This document shows, one piece after another, positions 12,439 through 23,946 of a stretch of DNA of 64,000 nucleotides; position 1 is the first letter of the stretch; the number at the start of each line of letters is the position of its first letter. The stretch is from Podospora anserina. Its lineage: Eukaryota. The notes beneath the pieces are model-generated. The model saw nothing but the letters and a program-made list of their open reading frames with translations. It had not been told where the DNA came from and ran no database searches. Location: the NCBI GenBank assembly GCA_017654855.1, contig CM030334.1:806001-870000 (forward strand), written 5' to 3'. A program made the translations under genes and the position numbers.

Positions 12439-13491
12439 GATGTAGGCTGGTTTCTTGTGTACCTGGCGTTGTTAGTCTCAAGAAACGAAATATCGAGCCC
12501 CTATATCCACGCTTCGACTCGAGCCTGAAAGACTTACTAGAACCAAGAGATTTGATCTCACGGAGTGCCAAGTAAGGTCCTAGGCTTGGGAAGATGAGCG
12601 ACTGAGACGAGACCGTTCGAAGGCAAGAAAACAGTCGTGGGCTGAGGCGTTGAAACAAAGATAAAAGCGAAGATGACTGATATGGATAGCCTCAGATCGT
12701 CTTCCTCGAGATGAACGTGTGGAAATCTATCCCGGAGAGTCCGTTGTAGGAGAGAAAGTCTGCAAGAGGGAAGAGGTTCAGCGCGAAAGAGAGACATCGT
12801 GAGATTCTGTTCATGCCTGACAGCGAATAGTCGCTAGGTATTCAGCTAGTTACAACAAGAGGAAGCCTGAAAACTAAGGCTGGACTTCATTAGCCCCCTA
12901 TCAACACGCGACTTCATATCGTAGAGCTCACAATCGCGTCATTCGACTTTCTACAAACTTGACCTGAGGGAAGGAACCATATAGATGGTAGGTGCCGTCC
13001 GAACGGTCAAAGGTCTTGTCAAGCTTACCTAGACAGCCACTCCGAGAGATCCCACCATAGGCAAGGGCAAGGGGAAGCTCCCCTACTCAGGCATCAGGCA
13101 GAGGCAACAATCAATCATGGGGCATCAGGGCAAGTATGGCGTAATCTCCTATTGTCTAACTTTACAGGCTGAAAGTCGCCTTGAAATAAGAGGAGAATAG
13201 CTTGAAACAGTTGCTGGACCCGAGATTTCAAGCTTGCGGAAGGCGCGGTGAGCATTCATGTGTATTCTTCACTCTGTGTATTTCATCATTCAGAGTTCCA
13301 AAGTAAAATTAAATGACGCCAAACATAATCCCTTTTAGTCACCAACAACCTGACAGTCTGCCCCAACAGTCCGTTGAAGAAAACCGCCACAATGCCATCA
13401 GCAAATGCCCAATTCAACTTCTATCATACAAGCTTTGCTCTCCTCTACTGTCCCAATTTCAACGCCCTGCATTCTCCTTCTCGTGGTAAAC

Positions 13492-13866
13492 TTATTTGGG
13501 GTTGTTAGGGTCAAGCTTCCCGCTCGCCTGGTTGGCTCTCGCGCTGGTGGGTGATGTTCCGCTGACGGGCTGCTTGGACGTGTCGTCGGGAACCACAGTT
13601 CTCGGGCTGCCCATCATCATGCCGTATGTACCCGCGACTCCGATGATGGCGGCGCCCAGCAGGACGAGTCTGGCCTTGGTGTCAGCAATTCGTATTCCAG
13701 TCATGTCTCCTTGTGTCAAAAGCACGTACGATCTGTTGGAGCCGGTAGCTGTCGAGGTGGTTCCATCTGGACCGTCCTTCTTGATAGCTTCGCGTCTGAA
13801 GGGTGTGCTGTGGAATTGGCGGGTGTTGCGCACGATGGCACGTCGGGCAAGGACTGTTCTGATCAT
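13492..13866 (-). CDS. Small single-pass membrane protein with a mitochondrial-targeting-like N-terminus; probable 60-nt intron 13670-13729
   Basis: Arg-rich, acid-free N-terminus MIRTVLARRAIVRNTRQFHSTPFRR. Hydrophobic segment LVLLGAAIIGVAGTYGMMM. Intron GTACGT...GCTGAC...CAG. Confidence 0.75.
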   Translation of the reverse strand: MIRTVLARRAIVRNTRQFHSTPFRREAIKKDGPDGTTSTATGSNRSYVLLTQGDMTGIRIADTKARLVLLGAAIIGVAGTYGMMMGSPRTVVPDDTSKQPVSGTSPTSARANQASGKLDPNNPK

Positions 13867-14214
13867 GGGGTAATTTGTGGTTTCAAGGGTGATTGTGTTG
13901 CGATAGGGTTAGGATTGGAGAATACGTCGAAGATGGTTGATGGGATTTGGTGTGCGGAAGGAAAGAAAGAGAACAGATTCTTCAATTGGTCAGTGATTTC
14001 GATCGTTGAAGTAGGTACAGAGACAAACAGTTGGGTGTTGAGGTCATACAAATCAATGACGCAATGACATCACCCCGAGTGGATCTCACACCCTTTGGGA
14101 CAGCGGGATGCTACACGATGGCTCGAGACAGCAGGCAGCATTCAATTTTGGGGGAGTCATAATAAACTGTTATTGCAGTTGGAAGGTAACTTCCCGTTTC
14201 TCATCGCCATCGTC

Positions 14215-15853
14215 CTAGACATGTGGGAAGTTCTGAAGCCACGGTGGCGACGAAAAGACCCCTATCGGCTCTGCCCTGAGATTGATGAAAGACTCTACCA
14301 CGATGAACACACGCACAAGAACGTATAATGAAAATAGCAAAAACGACCCGCCCCCCAATTTCTTGCTCACAGCTTACCAACAGACCTCCCGCCATCATCC
14401 CTGTCATGATCGTCATGCACGAAACCTTCCACAACATCATCTCATTGCTAGTCGCGAACGGAAAGTTCCATGCGAAGAGATGTATCCCGCCATACAGCAT
14501 GAGCAAAACAAAATAGCCGGCTACCATCAACCAATCGGGAGTGGAGCTTGATAGGAGATATTGAAGTGCTTCTCTGGGTGGAGGAAGGCGGTCTGGTAGT
14601 ATTGGTCTCTAAACCAGTCATGGATATAACATCCAGCATGGGTGTTCCCCTGCTCCATATCCCCAAGCAATGATTTGATTCCGTCCAACCTTTTCCATTG
14701 TGTTGAGCTTAGGCAGAGGGCTTGCCTGCGGGCCTTGAATCCTTCACCGGAAGGTAACACCTCGCCGACCTCCAAGCAGCCCCCTTCAGGAGGTAGTGCA
14801 ACCCATTTCACGTCATTGACCTGGTTCGTATTGAGATCAGCGAAATAGAAGCTCTGTAATCGTGTCTTGTTATCCACAAAAACTGGATCCTCCGTGGGAC
14901 AACGACGATACATATATAGGTCGCTGGGCCCATTGATCGTCATCTCGACCATTATCTTAAGGGCGTCCTCCCACGGTTTGGAATCGACAATTGGCCCCTC
15001 AGCAACATCGAGAGGTTTCTATTTTGGAAGATCAGCATCCACTCGCCATCTGGAGAGTAAAATGAAAAGCAATGGTGTGTTCTCGTACCTGAAGCCAACA
15101 CGCATACATCATCAACCCTGCAGCCACAATGTATACGGAGACGTGAATCTTCAACAACGCGAGTGGAAAGCCTTGAGCCATTCTGACAATACAGTGCAGA
15201 AAGAGCCAGAACACCTGTGTAAGAGCGACAAACTTCTGGACTATGCTAGCTTTGCTTCGGTCGTCGATCGCCGTGTCAGGAACCCTGACTAAATGCCCCA
15301 GTCGAGCAAGCTGGACCACCCCCTCGGGAGATAAAACGGCGGCGGAGTCTCGGAATAATTCTTTGAGTTTGGCAGACTTGTGCAATTCCGCTTCAGTTAT
15401 GAGATCCCCAACCAACACTCTCAGCCTCCCCCCATAACCACGAAAAAGCAATAGCTCAATTGAGACATCACCAGCTCCGGACTCTGAAGAGTTCAACGCT
15501 CGGAGTTCGCGCTGTAGCCATCGGGCCTTGAGAATTTCTCCGCAGGCTATGACGAGCACCACCTCTGGGGCGAAGAGAGCGGTGAACACCCACAGGGTTT
15601 TCTTCCAAAACACAGGCCAGTACCCCGTTCTGCCGGGAGCTGGAATGTTGAGGTACAAGGTTGAATACACACAAGCAGCCAGGGCCACCAGGCAGCTCCA
15701 GAGAATGCTACCGGTCCCGCGGTATGGGGCGTCCTCTACCCAAGCTGGCGCAATTTCTGTGCGGAGTGCCGTGAAATTTGTTCTTGTGAAGTTCCAAAAG
15801 GGGTGCAATGTCGGCCATGGCATTGGATGTCGTTGCGACTGTTGCAGCATCAA
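14215..15853 (-). pseudogene. Frameshifted copy of a common uncharacterised fungal multi-pass membrane protein family
   Basis: Motifs RGTGSILWSCL...LNIP, APEVV, IDDRSKAS, W..|KPLDV (across an intron ~15019-15088), LYGGIHLFAWNFPF and terminal YVLVRVFIVVESFINLR...PWLQNFPHV* (TAG 14215). Frame breaks at ~15425-15465, ~14530 and ~14350. Confidence 0.7.
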
Positions 15854-16147
15854 GATCGATAGAAGATGGGAAATGATGAGCAGGAATTACAACATCTCAA
15901 GCTGGTCGTATCGCTTCAAAATGTGAACACAGAAACCAACATCCCGATCAAAAAAGCGAACCGCAAGGCAGCTGAACACTAAAACCAAAAAGGAACCCAA
16001 TCGGAAGCTTGGTGTCAAAAACACGCATTTGCACCACAGCACTAACAAGGAATCCCAGACAAGCTCTCAGTTGATATTGGTCTTTTCTAATCCCCTACTC
16101 ATCTCAGCAACTATCCTCCAGTCTCATCACTTGACCCACGCCACCCC

Positions 16148-18012
16148 CTAAGCCCCCTCATAAACCCAAACCCCCGCCCACTCAACAACCCTCCTCAGCG
16201 AGCCCTCAAGCTCCTCCATGAAATCCTCCTCCGGCGGCCTGCTCGCACCAGCAGGCAACCCGGCCACCATCTTGGCAAACAAGCCCCCAATCGCCTTGGT
16301 ATACTCGCAATCACCCCCAAACACCTTCCCAGCCTCCTTGCAAGCCTTATAAAGGTACCAATACATAACATTACTGATGTCCACCCGCAAGGGAAACGAC
16401 GCGTCCTTGAGAACAGGAGAGTCAGGAGGTAGACAGCTCGCCGCGATGAGCACATGAATAATGTCAACCAGAATATTGACAGCATTGGGGCCAGTCCGGC
16501 CTCCGCCACGAGCAAAATACCCCCTGAGGCCGTTGCGCAAAGCCGGGGCTGGCTTGCCCTGCTCGAGGTAGAGGACGCTAAGGCAAAGGCGCACCATGGG
16601 GACAGGGTCGAGATCGTCACCCCACCCAAAGTTGGGAAAGGCGTTCTTCATGATGGTGTTCATTTTGCTTTCGACAACGGTGAGGTTCGCAAAATCGGGA
16701 TAGACACCGGGGTACTTGCAGGCGGTGATGGCGGCGCTCTTGATCAGGTCGAGCATGGAAATCTGGGCTTGACGGACAGTAGCCATGCTTGTCTCTCCAT
16801 CGGCAACCACCCTACGCTTTTGGGCCTCGATCTCGTCTTTGCAGCGGGCACCTATCCTCCTTGTTAGTATCCAACTCTCAGTCTTGTAATCTTTCAAAAC
16901 TTACAGTCACACTCAAAAAAGTGCTCATCCATCAGAATCTCCCGCCGACTCTTGACATCAATCGTAGGATCGATATAGCAAATGGTAATCTCCTCTCCAG
17001 CCGCAATCTTCCTCAGCGACCGGACGCGAATCTCGCCCTTTTCCAAAAAAGCAAAGGCGTTCGGCTCGCAAGAATGGTTGATCATGGCAGTGACAAGCTC
17101 CAGCGCAATAGCAACCGTTTCCCTGGAAGAAGAACCCCTCAGGCGGACACAGTTGGTCCAGAGCTATCCCTCACTCATTAGCTCCCTCCCTCCACCCAAC
17201 AGCCGGAGAGAATTTACCTGCGGCACCAACTTCCAAATCAACCCAACATCAATCTTCTTCTCCCTCCCCTCCCCAGTCACGTCCCTAATCGCCATCGCAA
17301 CATCATACACCTCGGTCGTCTTGCCCCCCTCCTCCCTAGTGTACTCATCAAAGTGAGCCTCCAACCCCTGAATCACAGTCCCCTGCTCGGTAGTGATATA
17401 CCCCTTCTGCTGGAACCACACCAGCCGATGAGCCAGCAAGTTCTGCGGCTTAATCCCGGGTGTGCTCTTCAAAACCTTGCACTCCTCCTTGTGAAATCTA
17501 TTCCAAGCCAACTTTTGGCATTCCTATTCCCAAGTCAGTCACCCCCTCCCAAACTCCATCTTGACTGAACCCACCTTCGAACAAAACCTCCCAAACCCAC
17601 ACCCGCTACAAACCCTCACCCCCCCCTTCTCCCCCCCAAAATGCCCCTCGAAATACCCCCCACAAAAATGACACCACCCATCATCACCCGCCCCATCAAA
17701 AGCCAGCATCAACGGCTTAGACCTGTAAATCTCCCTTCCAGCCTCAATCCCGTCCTGTTCACCCCGGGAAATAAACAGCCCCGACCCAGTCGAGCAACCC
17801 GACGGTCGAATCTCGAGCGGGACGGAAGCAGTGACGTTCCTGCGTGAGAGGATAAACTGGCAGAGTTTAGGTTCGGTGTTGAACCCCATTCGGGGAGGGG
17901 CGCGACCGAGGTCATCGTCATCGTTGTTGTCGTTGCTGAAGGCGGCTTGGAGGTCTGCCGGGGAGAGGGAGATGGTGAGGTTTTGGGCGAGGGAGGTGGT
18001 TAGATCGTCCAT
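16148..18012 (-). CDS. SET and MYND domain lysine methyltransferase (SMYD-like); 4 exons (introns 17524-17574, 17164-17217, 16852-16904)
   Basis: GSGLF pre-SET strand, MYND CHFC...CSGC...FCSK|ECQKLAW..FHKEEC, SET motifs INHSCEPN and GEEITICY, and post-SET FFECDC|ARC rebuilt in frame across canonical introns. Confidence 0.9.
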
Positions 18013-19112
18013 TTTGAATATCCCGATAGGCAGTTTTCTTGACGGCGCTGGGTTGTAGTAGTTTCTGATCGCGGATTGTAGATGGTGTTGGGGAAAAAAA
18101 AGTGGTGATGACTTGGGAGAAAATCAAACCGGTGAGATGGCGAGAGAAATAGAACTCTGAGAGCCCGGGGATGAGAGGCTTCAGGGAACTAGGTAATCCA
18201 TCATTAAGGCAGGTAGAGAAAAGTTTTAATTAGCAGGTCATAGATTGATTTAGGCAGCGCTGTCAGCGACTATCGCACGGGAAGGAAGGAGCAACCCACA
18301 AACACGCAGGTACCCGCTGTTTGCTAGCCACCTGAAGATCCCGAGTTGACAGAACCACCCTTTACTTTGGCGAGAAAGAGGACTTGCGTACAAACCACTG
18401 AGAGCCTATCCCTAGTTGTAGCTGTTGCGAACAAATTGCAACGAAATAGAACAACAGCATCATCATCCAGCATGAAGAGCCCAACAGGCAACATACGATG
18501 GCCAGGTTACCAACCAAGCCAGGTCAATCCAAAATACTTTGTCCTCCCCTTTCCCTGATCAAATCGATGGTACTCATATGCATCAGTGTCAACTCATACC
18601 ACACCTGTCACCAATCACCCACATGTCACGCGTCCACAACAATGCAAATTGTAAAGCTACTCGATTAAAGTACCTTAGCTACGAAAGTTCCTAACCCTAG
18701 TCATTCCCAGCCTCTCGGTGACCTGCTCACCGTGCGACTGGCCCAAATCAAAGCTGCCTGTGAGTTATGCCTCCTTGTAATTGAAGGTAACACATATGTT
18801 CAAAACACGACACCAAAAGTGTCCAGGTCATATTTTTCGTCGACGCCCCAGAAATTCCACCCGAACGCACCAAAAGATCCCTCAAGGGCCCCCAAAAGAC
18901 GGCTCAACATCCTCCTCCAAGATCGCTCCCCTTAAAGTCGAATGACCACCCAAAGCCATCCAGCGCCCCCCCCCCAAAAGATCTTCCAATCCATCTAGAC
19001 TGTTCTCCAGAGCACATATGTCAATGATATACCTGATCGATTAGCTACAAAACCTCCAAAATACCAACCAAAACGCCATCAAATCATGCTGGTAGAGATA
19101 TAGGAGGATAGA

Positions 19113-22100
19113 TCACCCTCCATAGCAGATGTTCCTCAACCAAAAGGCAGCGACATCCTTGGGAGCTGCCTCAATCTTGAAGAGCTCCACTTCCTCCTTT
19201 TTCTCACCGTCCTCCCTGGCAATCACGAGGTCCAACATCCGCGGCGCGGCTCGGTTGGAAGTGAAGTAGGCCAGGCTACAATCCACCATCCGAATCCACC
19301 GTTTTCCAAAGTCCAGCATCAAGAAGATCTGGCTGTTAGCGTCGTCCTCCATGCCGGTGCCGCACGAGAGCAGCCCAATTTCGCGTTCCTTGTTGTCTTC
19401 ATCCGCTTGGTAGAAGAATGAGAACTTGTCGCCGCACGTCTGAGCCAGTCGTTTGCGCGTCTCGAGAGGGTCCGACCGAGTGTCGTCCTCCGCCAGAATC
19501 GTGGCCAGTTTCCAGATGGTCGATGTCTCTGCCGCTTCATCCTCGGTCGTCCCGAGGATCTCCTTGATTCCCCAGTAATTTTTGGGTGCTGGGAGCATCT
19601 GTTGGAGGTGACGGCAGAGTTCGCAGATCAGAATTGCCATCAGCCCTTCAGTAGCCCTCACACGCTGTGGTTTGGCCTGGTTGCTCGCGACACACTCAAG
19701 GAATGCCATCCCTGCGAGGGGGAACCGAGAGTGATCAGCTGATACTAAACCGCGGGCAAGCTCACCAATCACTTGGCATGTGCTCATGTCATCATGGCCT
19801 TCCCGGACTGAAGACAACAACAGACACAGGTGGGTGAATCTTCCTGTCAGGGTCTCCGTCAGGTATGACTGCTGCTCAGTCTGTTCTGCACAATCCCGCC
19901 TCCAGACATCTTTGAGCGTCCAAGCATCGCTGATCGAAATCATCTCGGCCCTGGCGTTGTTCAGGGCAGTATTGCCGTCCTGGTCACAGCCCAGACAGCG
20001 AACAAACTTGACAATAGTATCAGTAGTCCACTTCTGGCTCGGAGTAATGCTGAACAGCTCCGAGACAAGCGAAACTATCCCCTTGCGCAGATCCTGGTCC
20101 TGTTCCGTCGTCGCCATGAGTTCACATCCGGGATCCGGGCGTTCTCTCTTAATGAAAACTGGGGGCTCCTGTTGTGCTGAAAGGCCCAGGCCAGTGCCGT
20201 TGTCCCCACGAATGCCATCATCAGAGCTCGCAGCCTGAGGCATTTGAATCTGGAAGCTTGCGGTGGAAACTGCCGACACTGGCGTGTCCGGCAATGAGCT
20301 GGTCGCTCTCAAAGTGCTGATCTCGGCCTCTTTGTGAGCAATAATCTGGCGAAGTTTCGTCGACTTGTCCGCCTCTTCGCAGAGCTGGGCTTCTGTCTCG
20401 GAGATCTTTCCTTCCAATGCTCGTATCTGGACGTCTCTTGCCTGGACGTCTCCCTGAAGCTGATTTCTCTCCTCTTCCAACCTCTCGACGATGCTTGTTT
20501 TTTCTTGGACCATGCTTTGCAGGGTAACGTTGACGGCATAAAGCTGTTTATACCTGTCATCCTTTTCTTCCACCAGGTGCTCCAACTTGAAATTGGCGTC
20601 CCGGAGCTGCTTGAGAGCAGTCTCCTTATCCTTGTCCTTGACAAGCAGTTTGTCGACCCGACTCTTAAGGATCGCATTGACGGTGTCACTACCCGGCTTG
20701 TCATCAAGTCCTTGGGCCTGTTGTTGAAGCCTCGCTTTGTTCGTTTGGAGGTCTTTCTCGATCTGGGCAATCTTCTCCCCAAATAGCTTCTGCAATTCGA
20801 TGTACTCAGCTGTCAGCTGCTTGATTCTCTCGTCTTTCTCGCGAACCATGGCTTGGTAGCGAAGGAGCTCTTGGCTCTCGTGATCTGCACTAAGCCGAAT
20901 AACACCCTGAGCCTGGCCTTCTTGAGGCTGGCTGATACCTGCCGGCTTTGGCATGGAGATAGTGTCTCCTCCTGAACTGGGTACAGAGACTTGTCGAACG
21001 ACTGGTGTCGTCGAGGAATCAACAGCTGAGCCGGTCGACATGATTTTACCGAGCAATTGATCGATATGCTGTTGGGCAGATTTTGGCAACTGCTCCGTTG
21101 ATCGCTTCGCTTCATCTGCAGGTGGCATCTTGGGCTCCATTCCACCCATTAACTGGTCGATATCAGGAGCTGCGAGTTCACGATCAGCCGGAGACCGCTG
21201 GTTGTTGCCGTTGTGAGCCTTCTGAATCTCCACTATCTGGCGTTCCAGATCTTGTTTCTCGGCTTTGATCTTGTCGATGCTGCGCTGGTGTTCAACTCGA
21301 ATGGTGGTGAACTTCTTCTTTTGCTCTGCCGCAACACGCTCCAGGTTCTGAAACATGACAAGTTGGTTGTCGTAACTGGCCTTCAAGGCATCGTAATCAT
21401 TCGAAAGCTTCTCGTTCTCTTCCCGCACCCGGAAGAGTTCCGCACGAGGGTCCTTTTTAGCAGCCATTCGGGCAAGCTTAGCCTCGAGATGGCGAATAGT
21501 ATCACCCCGCCTGTTCTTGTGAGCGACAACACTGTCGAGTTCCTTTTCAAGCCTCCCAAGGTCTTGCCGAAGATGTCCCATGTCCACCTTGTATCGTTCC
21601 TTCTCTGCACTCCAGTTGTGAGAGTCCTGTCGCCACCTCTCAAGTTCCATTCTACAGCCTTTGATTTGAGCGACCTGTTGCTTGCAGGTCTCTTCCAGCT
21701 TCCCAATCTGCGTTTTGTAGTCCTCGATCTCCCCGGTTCTGTCCTTGGCAGGGCTTCTTGACGTTCGGTCATCATTCTTCTTGGCCCAGTGTTTGGGGCC
21801 CCTTGGCGCCGTCGGCGGGTAGTCTTCCTGTGTCACGACCGGAATCCTTCCTAGTTCCGGCTTGCAGACCTGAGCTTGACCACCTTCGGATCCCACACCA
21901 GGACTCTTCTTGTCCGTTTCTCCCTCGCCGATCTGCTTCTTGTAGCCCTCAACCTCGGCAGCCAGTCTACTCTTATCCTCCTCCAATTTGACGATTTCCT
22001 TCTTGTAGGAGGCCTCGATGTCTGCGGCTTGCTTGGCGCAGTCCTCCTCAAGCTTGTCCGCTTTCTTCTTGCAGATCTCCGTTTCCGTGATCTGTCTGCT

Positions 22101-22937
22101 GAGGCGCTGGTCCAGCTTACTGATCTTCTTGTTCTGACCATCCACCTCGGCCGCCTGCTGGCTGTTGTCACTTTCCAACTTGGCAATCTGCTTCCTGTAG
22201 ACCTCCGCCTCATTCTCCAGCTTGGTGACCTGTCTCCTGAACTTGTCCGTCTCCTTCTTGAACCCTTCCATCTCCTCCGATTGCGCCTTGTAGTCCCTCT
22301 CAAACTTGTTCAGCTGCCTCTTAAAGTCCATCGTCTGGCCGTGGAGCTCCCGCCTCCTGGCATTGATAAAGTCGCAAAAGCTCTCCACACGCCCTAGCTC
22401 GCTCAAGGTGGCCGTCACAAGAGGATGCCACGTCGCCGTCACAGGTCGCAGGTTGGGCAGCTCGAGGAACTCCCAAAGCTTGCGGAACTCGTGCCTGACA
22501 CGATCCATGACCCAAGGCGTGGCCTCTGGAAAGTAGTCCGGGAACGGCATATCACCCCGGAAATCGACATCGGCCACGCCCCTTCCACCACCAGTGGCCC
22601 TCTCCTCCACTCCAGCCGAAGACTGACGACGCACTTGGTAATCTCCCAGCTGTGCTGGAGGGCCTCTATTATCCTCCTCCTCCCTAGCGGACGAATAGTG
22701 GCGATTGCCAGCCGAGCCCTTGATGGCGATCCCATTGCCGGAGGGAGGCTCGGGCTTGTGCCGCTTCGGCGACGGAGAGCGCGCTGGCCTGTACGACTGA
22801 GATTCGGGCCTCACCCAGGGTTCCGAGCTGTCAGTAGTAGCGTGGGCTTCGGCACGCCGCTTCTTGTTTGGGGGTCGGGCCTTCGGTCCAGTAGGCGGAG
22901 GCCTGTCGCCCCATTCGTGAGCTCCTTGTCTACTCAT
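19113..22937 (-). CDS. Large intronless coiled-coil protein of unknown function (~1274 aa)
   Basis: Uninterrupted 3.8-kb ORF with strong codon bias, long heptad stretches and a globular-looking C-terminal ~320 aa. Probable ATG at 22937 (MSRQGAHEW). Confidence 0.85.
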   Translation of the reverse strand: MSRQGAHEWGDRPPPTGPKARPPNKKRRAEAHATTDSSEPWVRPESQSYRPARSPSPKRHKPEPPSGNGIAIKGSAGNRHYSSAREEEDNRGPPAQLGDYQVRRQSSAGVEERATGGGRGVADVDFRGDMPFPDYFPEATPWVMDRVRHEFRKLWEFLELPNLRPVTATWHPLVTATLSELGRVESFCDFINARRRELHGQTMDFKRQLNKFERDYKAQSEEMEGFKKETDKFRRQVTKLENEAEVYRKQIAKLESDNSQQAAEVDGQNKKISKLDQRLSRQITETEICKKKADKLEEDCAKQAADIEASYKKEIVKLEEDKSRLAAEVEGYKKQIGEGETDKKSPGVGSEGGQAQVCKPELGRIPVVTQEDYPPTAPRGPKHWAKKNDDRTSRSPAKDRTGEIEDYKTQIGKLEETCKQQVAQIKGCRMELERWRQDSHNWSAEKERYKVDMGHLRQDLGRLEKELDSVVAHKNRRGDTIRHLEAKLARMAAKKDPRAELFRVREENEKLSNDYDALKASYDNQLVMFQNLERVAAEQKKKFTTIRVEHQRSIDKIKAEKQDLERQIVEIQKAHNGNNQRSPADRELAAPDIDQLMGGMEPKMPPADEAKRSTEQLPKSAQQHIDQLLGKIMSTGSAVDSSTTPVVRQVSVPSSGGDTISMPKPAGISQPQEGQAQGVIRLSADHESQELLRYQAMVREKDERIKQLTAEYIELQKLFGEKIAQIEKDLQTNKARLQQQAQGLDDKPGSDTVNAILKSRVDKLLVKDKDKETALKQLRDANFKLEHLVEEKDDRYKQLYAVNVTLQSMVQEKTSIVERLEEERNQLQGDVQARDVQIRALEGKISETEAQLCEEADKSTKLRQIIAHKEAEISTLRATSSLPDTPVSAVSTASFQIQMPQAASSDDGIRGDNGTGLGLSAQQEPPVFIKRERPDPGCELMATTEQDQDLRKGIVSLVSELFSITPSQKWTTDTIVKFVRCLGCDQDGNTALNNARAEMISISDAWTLKDVWRRDCAEQTEQQSYLTETLTGRFTHLCLLLSSVREGHDDMSTCQVIGELARGLVSADHSRFPLAGMAFLECVASNQAKPQRVRATEGLMAILICELCRHLQQMLPAPKNYWGIKEILGTTEDEAAETSTIWKLATILAEDDTRSDPLETRKRLAQTCGDKFSFFYQADEDNKEREIGLLSCGTGMEDDANSQIFLMLDFGKRWIRMVDCSLAYFTSNRAAPRMLDLVIAREDGEKKEEVELFKIEAAPKDVAAFWLRNICYGG

Positions 22938-23946
22938 CGCATGGAGTAGGGCGTATCTTATCTCCAGGCGTGTGTCCAAGGGGAAAAAAACAAGGTAAGG
23001 TCAAGATAAAGTTGTGTGTCGGACAGACACCATGTGGGCCTAAATAACGTTTGGAAGGGACCCCCCCAAAGAAGGTGGAGATGATGTCTCCAATTATTGT
23101 TAGCACGGGACTTGGGCCTCCACACCACCAAGACTTAAAGCCTCTAATATACGATGTACCTGAAGTGGTCTGCTTGATGAATGCAGAGGGGGGTTTTCCT
23201 GGTGAAGTCAGCAGTTAGCTGGCCTGTTGAGAGACTGGGTACATCAGTTCGGGTATCTTGGAAGTTATCTCAGACGCTCAGGATGCATTTTGGGGATTGT
23301 ACTCACCTGCGGGTAGCGCACTAACAATCCTCCAAACCTCCAACTCAGAAAGCGGAGATGGGAATCTGGCGCCGCTGATAGGGTGCTCCCTGCAGGAAAA
23401 GCCCGACAACGTGTCGTTCTTGCGAGATGTTCACGTTCGATAGCAGGAATCTGTGTTTGGTTGAGAAAGTCAACTAACTCGCTCTGACTAGGCAAAGCAA
23501 GGCAAACAGACTCAATTGTTGCTCTTCCCCGGCTAGTGAAAAGGGTCTGTGGTCTGGACTCCACCACACACGCCCACAAATGCTGCAGAAGAAAACACAG
23601 AATCTGAGATGTCACCAAACGACACGGCTAAAAACACACCCTTTCTTGGCACTCTGGGTTGATCTGGGTTGATCTGGATTTCTTCGCATAGCTACCTGCA
23701 CGAATCCACCAAACCAAACGAAACAAGTCCAGTCCTAAATCCTCTCTTTCTCGGAGCTACCGTCTCCCTCAAGATGCGAACGACCGCCCAGAAAAAACCA
23801 AACCTCGCATGGGGTGGGTATCTTGAACATATCCCATTACTCCAGCTGTTGCCCGCGATGATGTGTAGTCGACAAAAGAAAACCCTTTCCCGAAAGACCC
23901 TGTTGTTTCTTTTTTTTTGCAACCAACTCCCCCCATGTTGTCATCG

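Noticed and set aside
12970-13040. Slight resemblance to the 5' end of fungal 5S rRNA
   Set aside because: The internal conserved boxes and terminal stem cannot be found.
23600-23690. CTGAGA...TTGATCTGGAT resembling a TPP riboswitch
   Set aside because: The downstream AATACCAGCG-type element is absent and no thiamine gene is nearby. It is a short TCTGGGTTGA tandem repeat.
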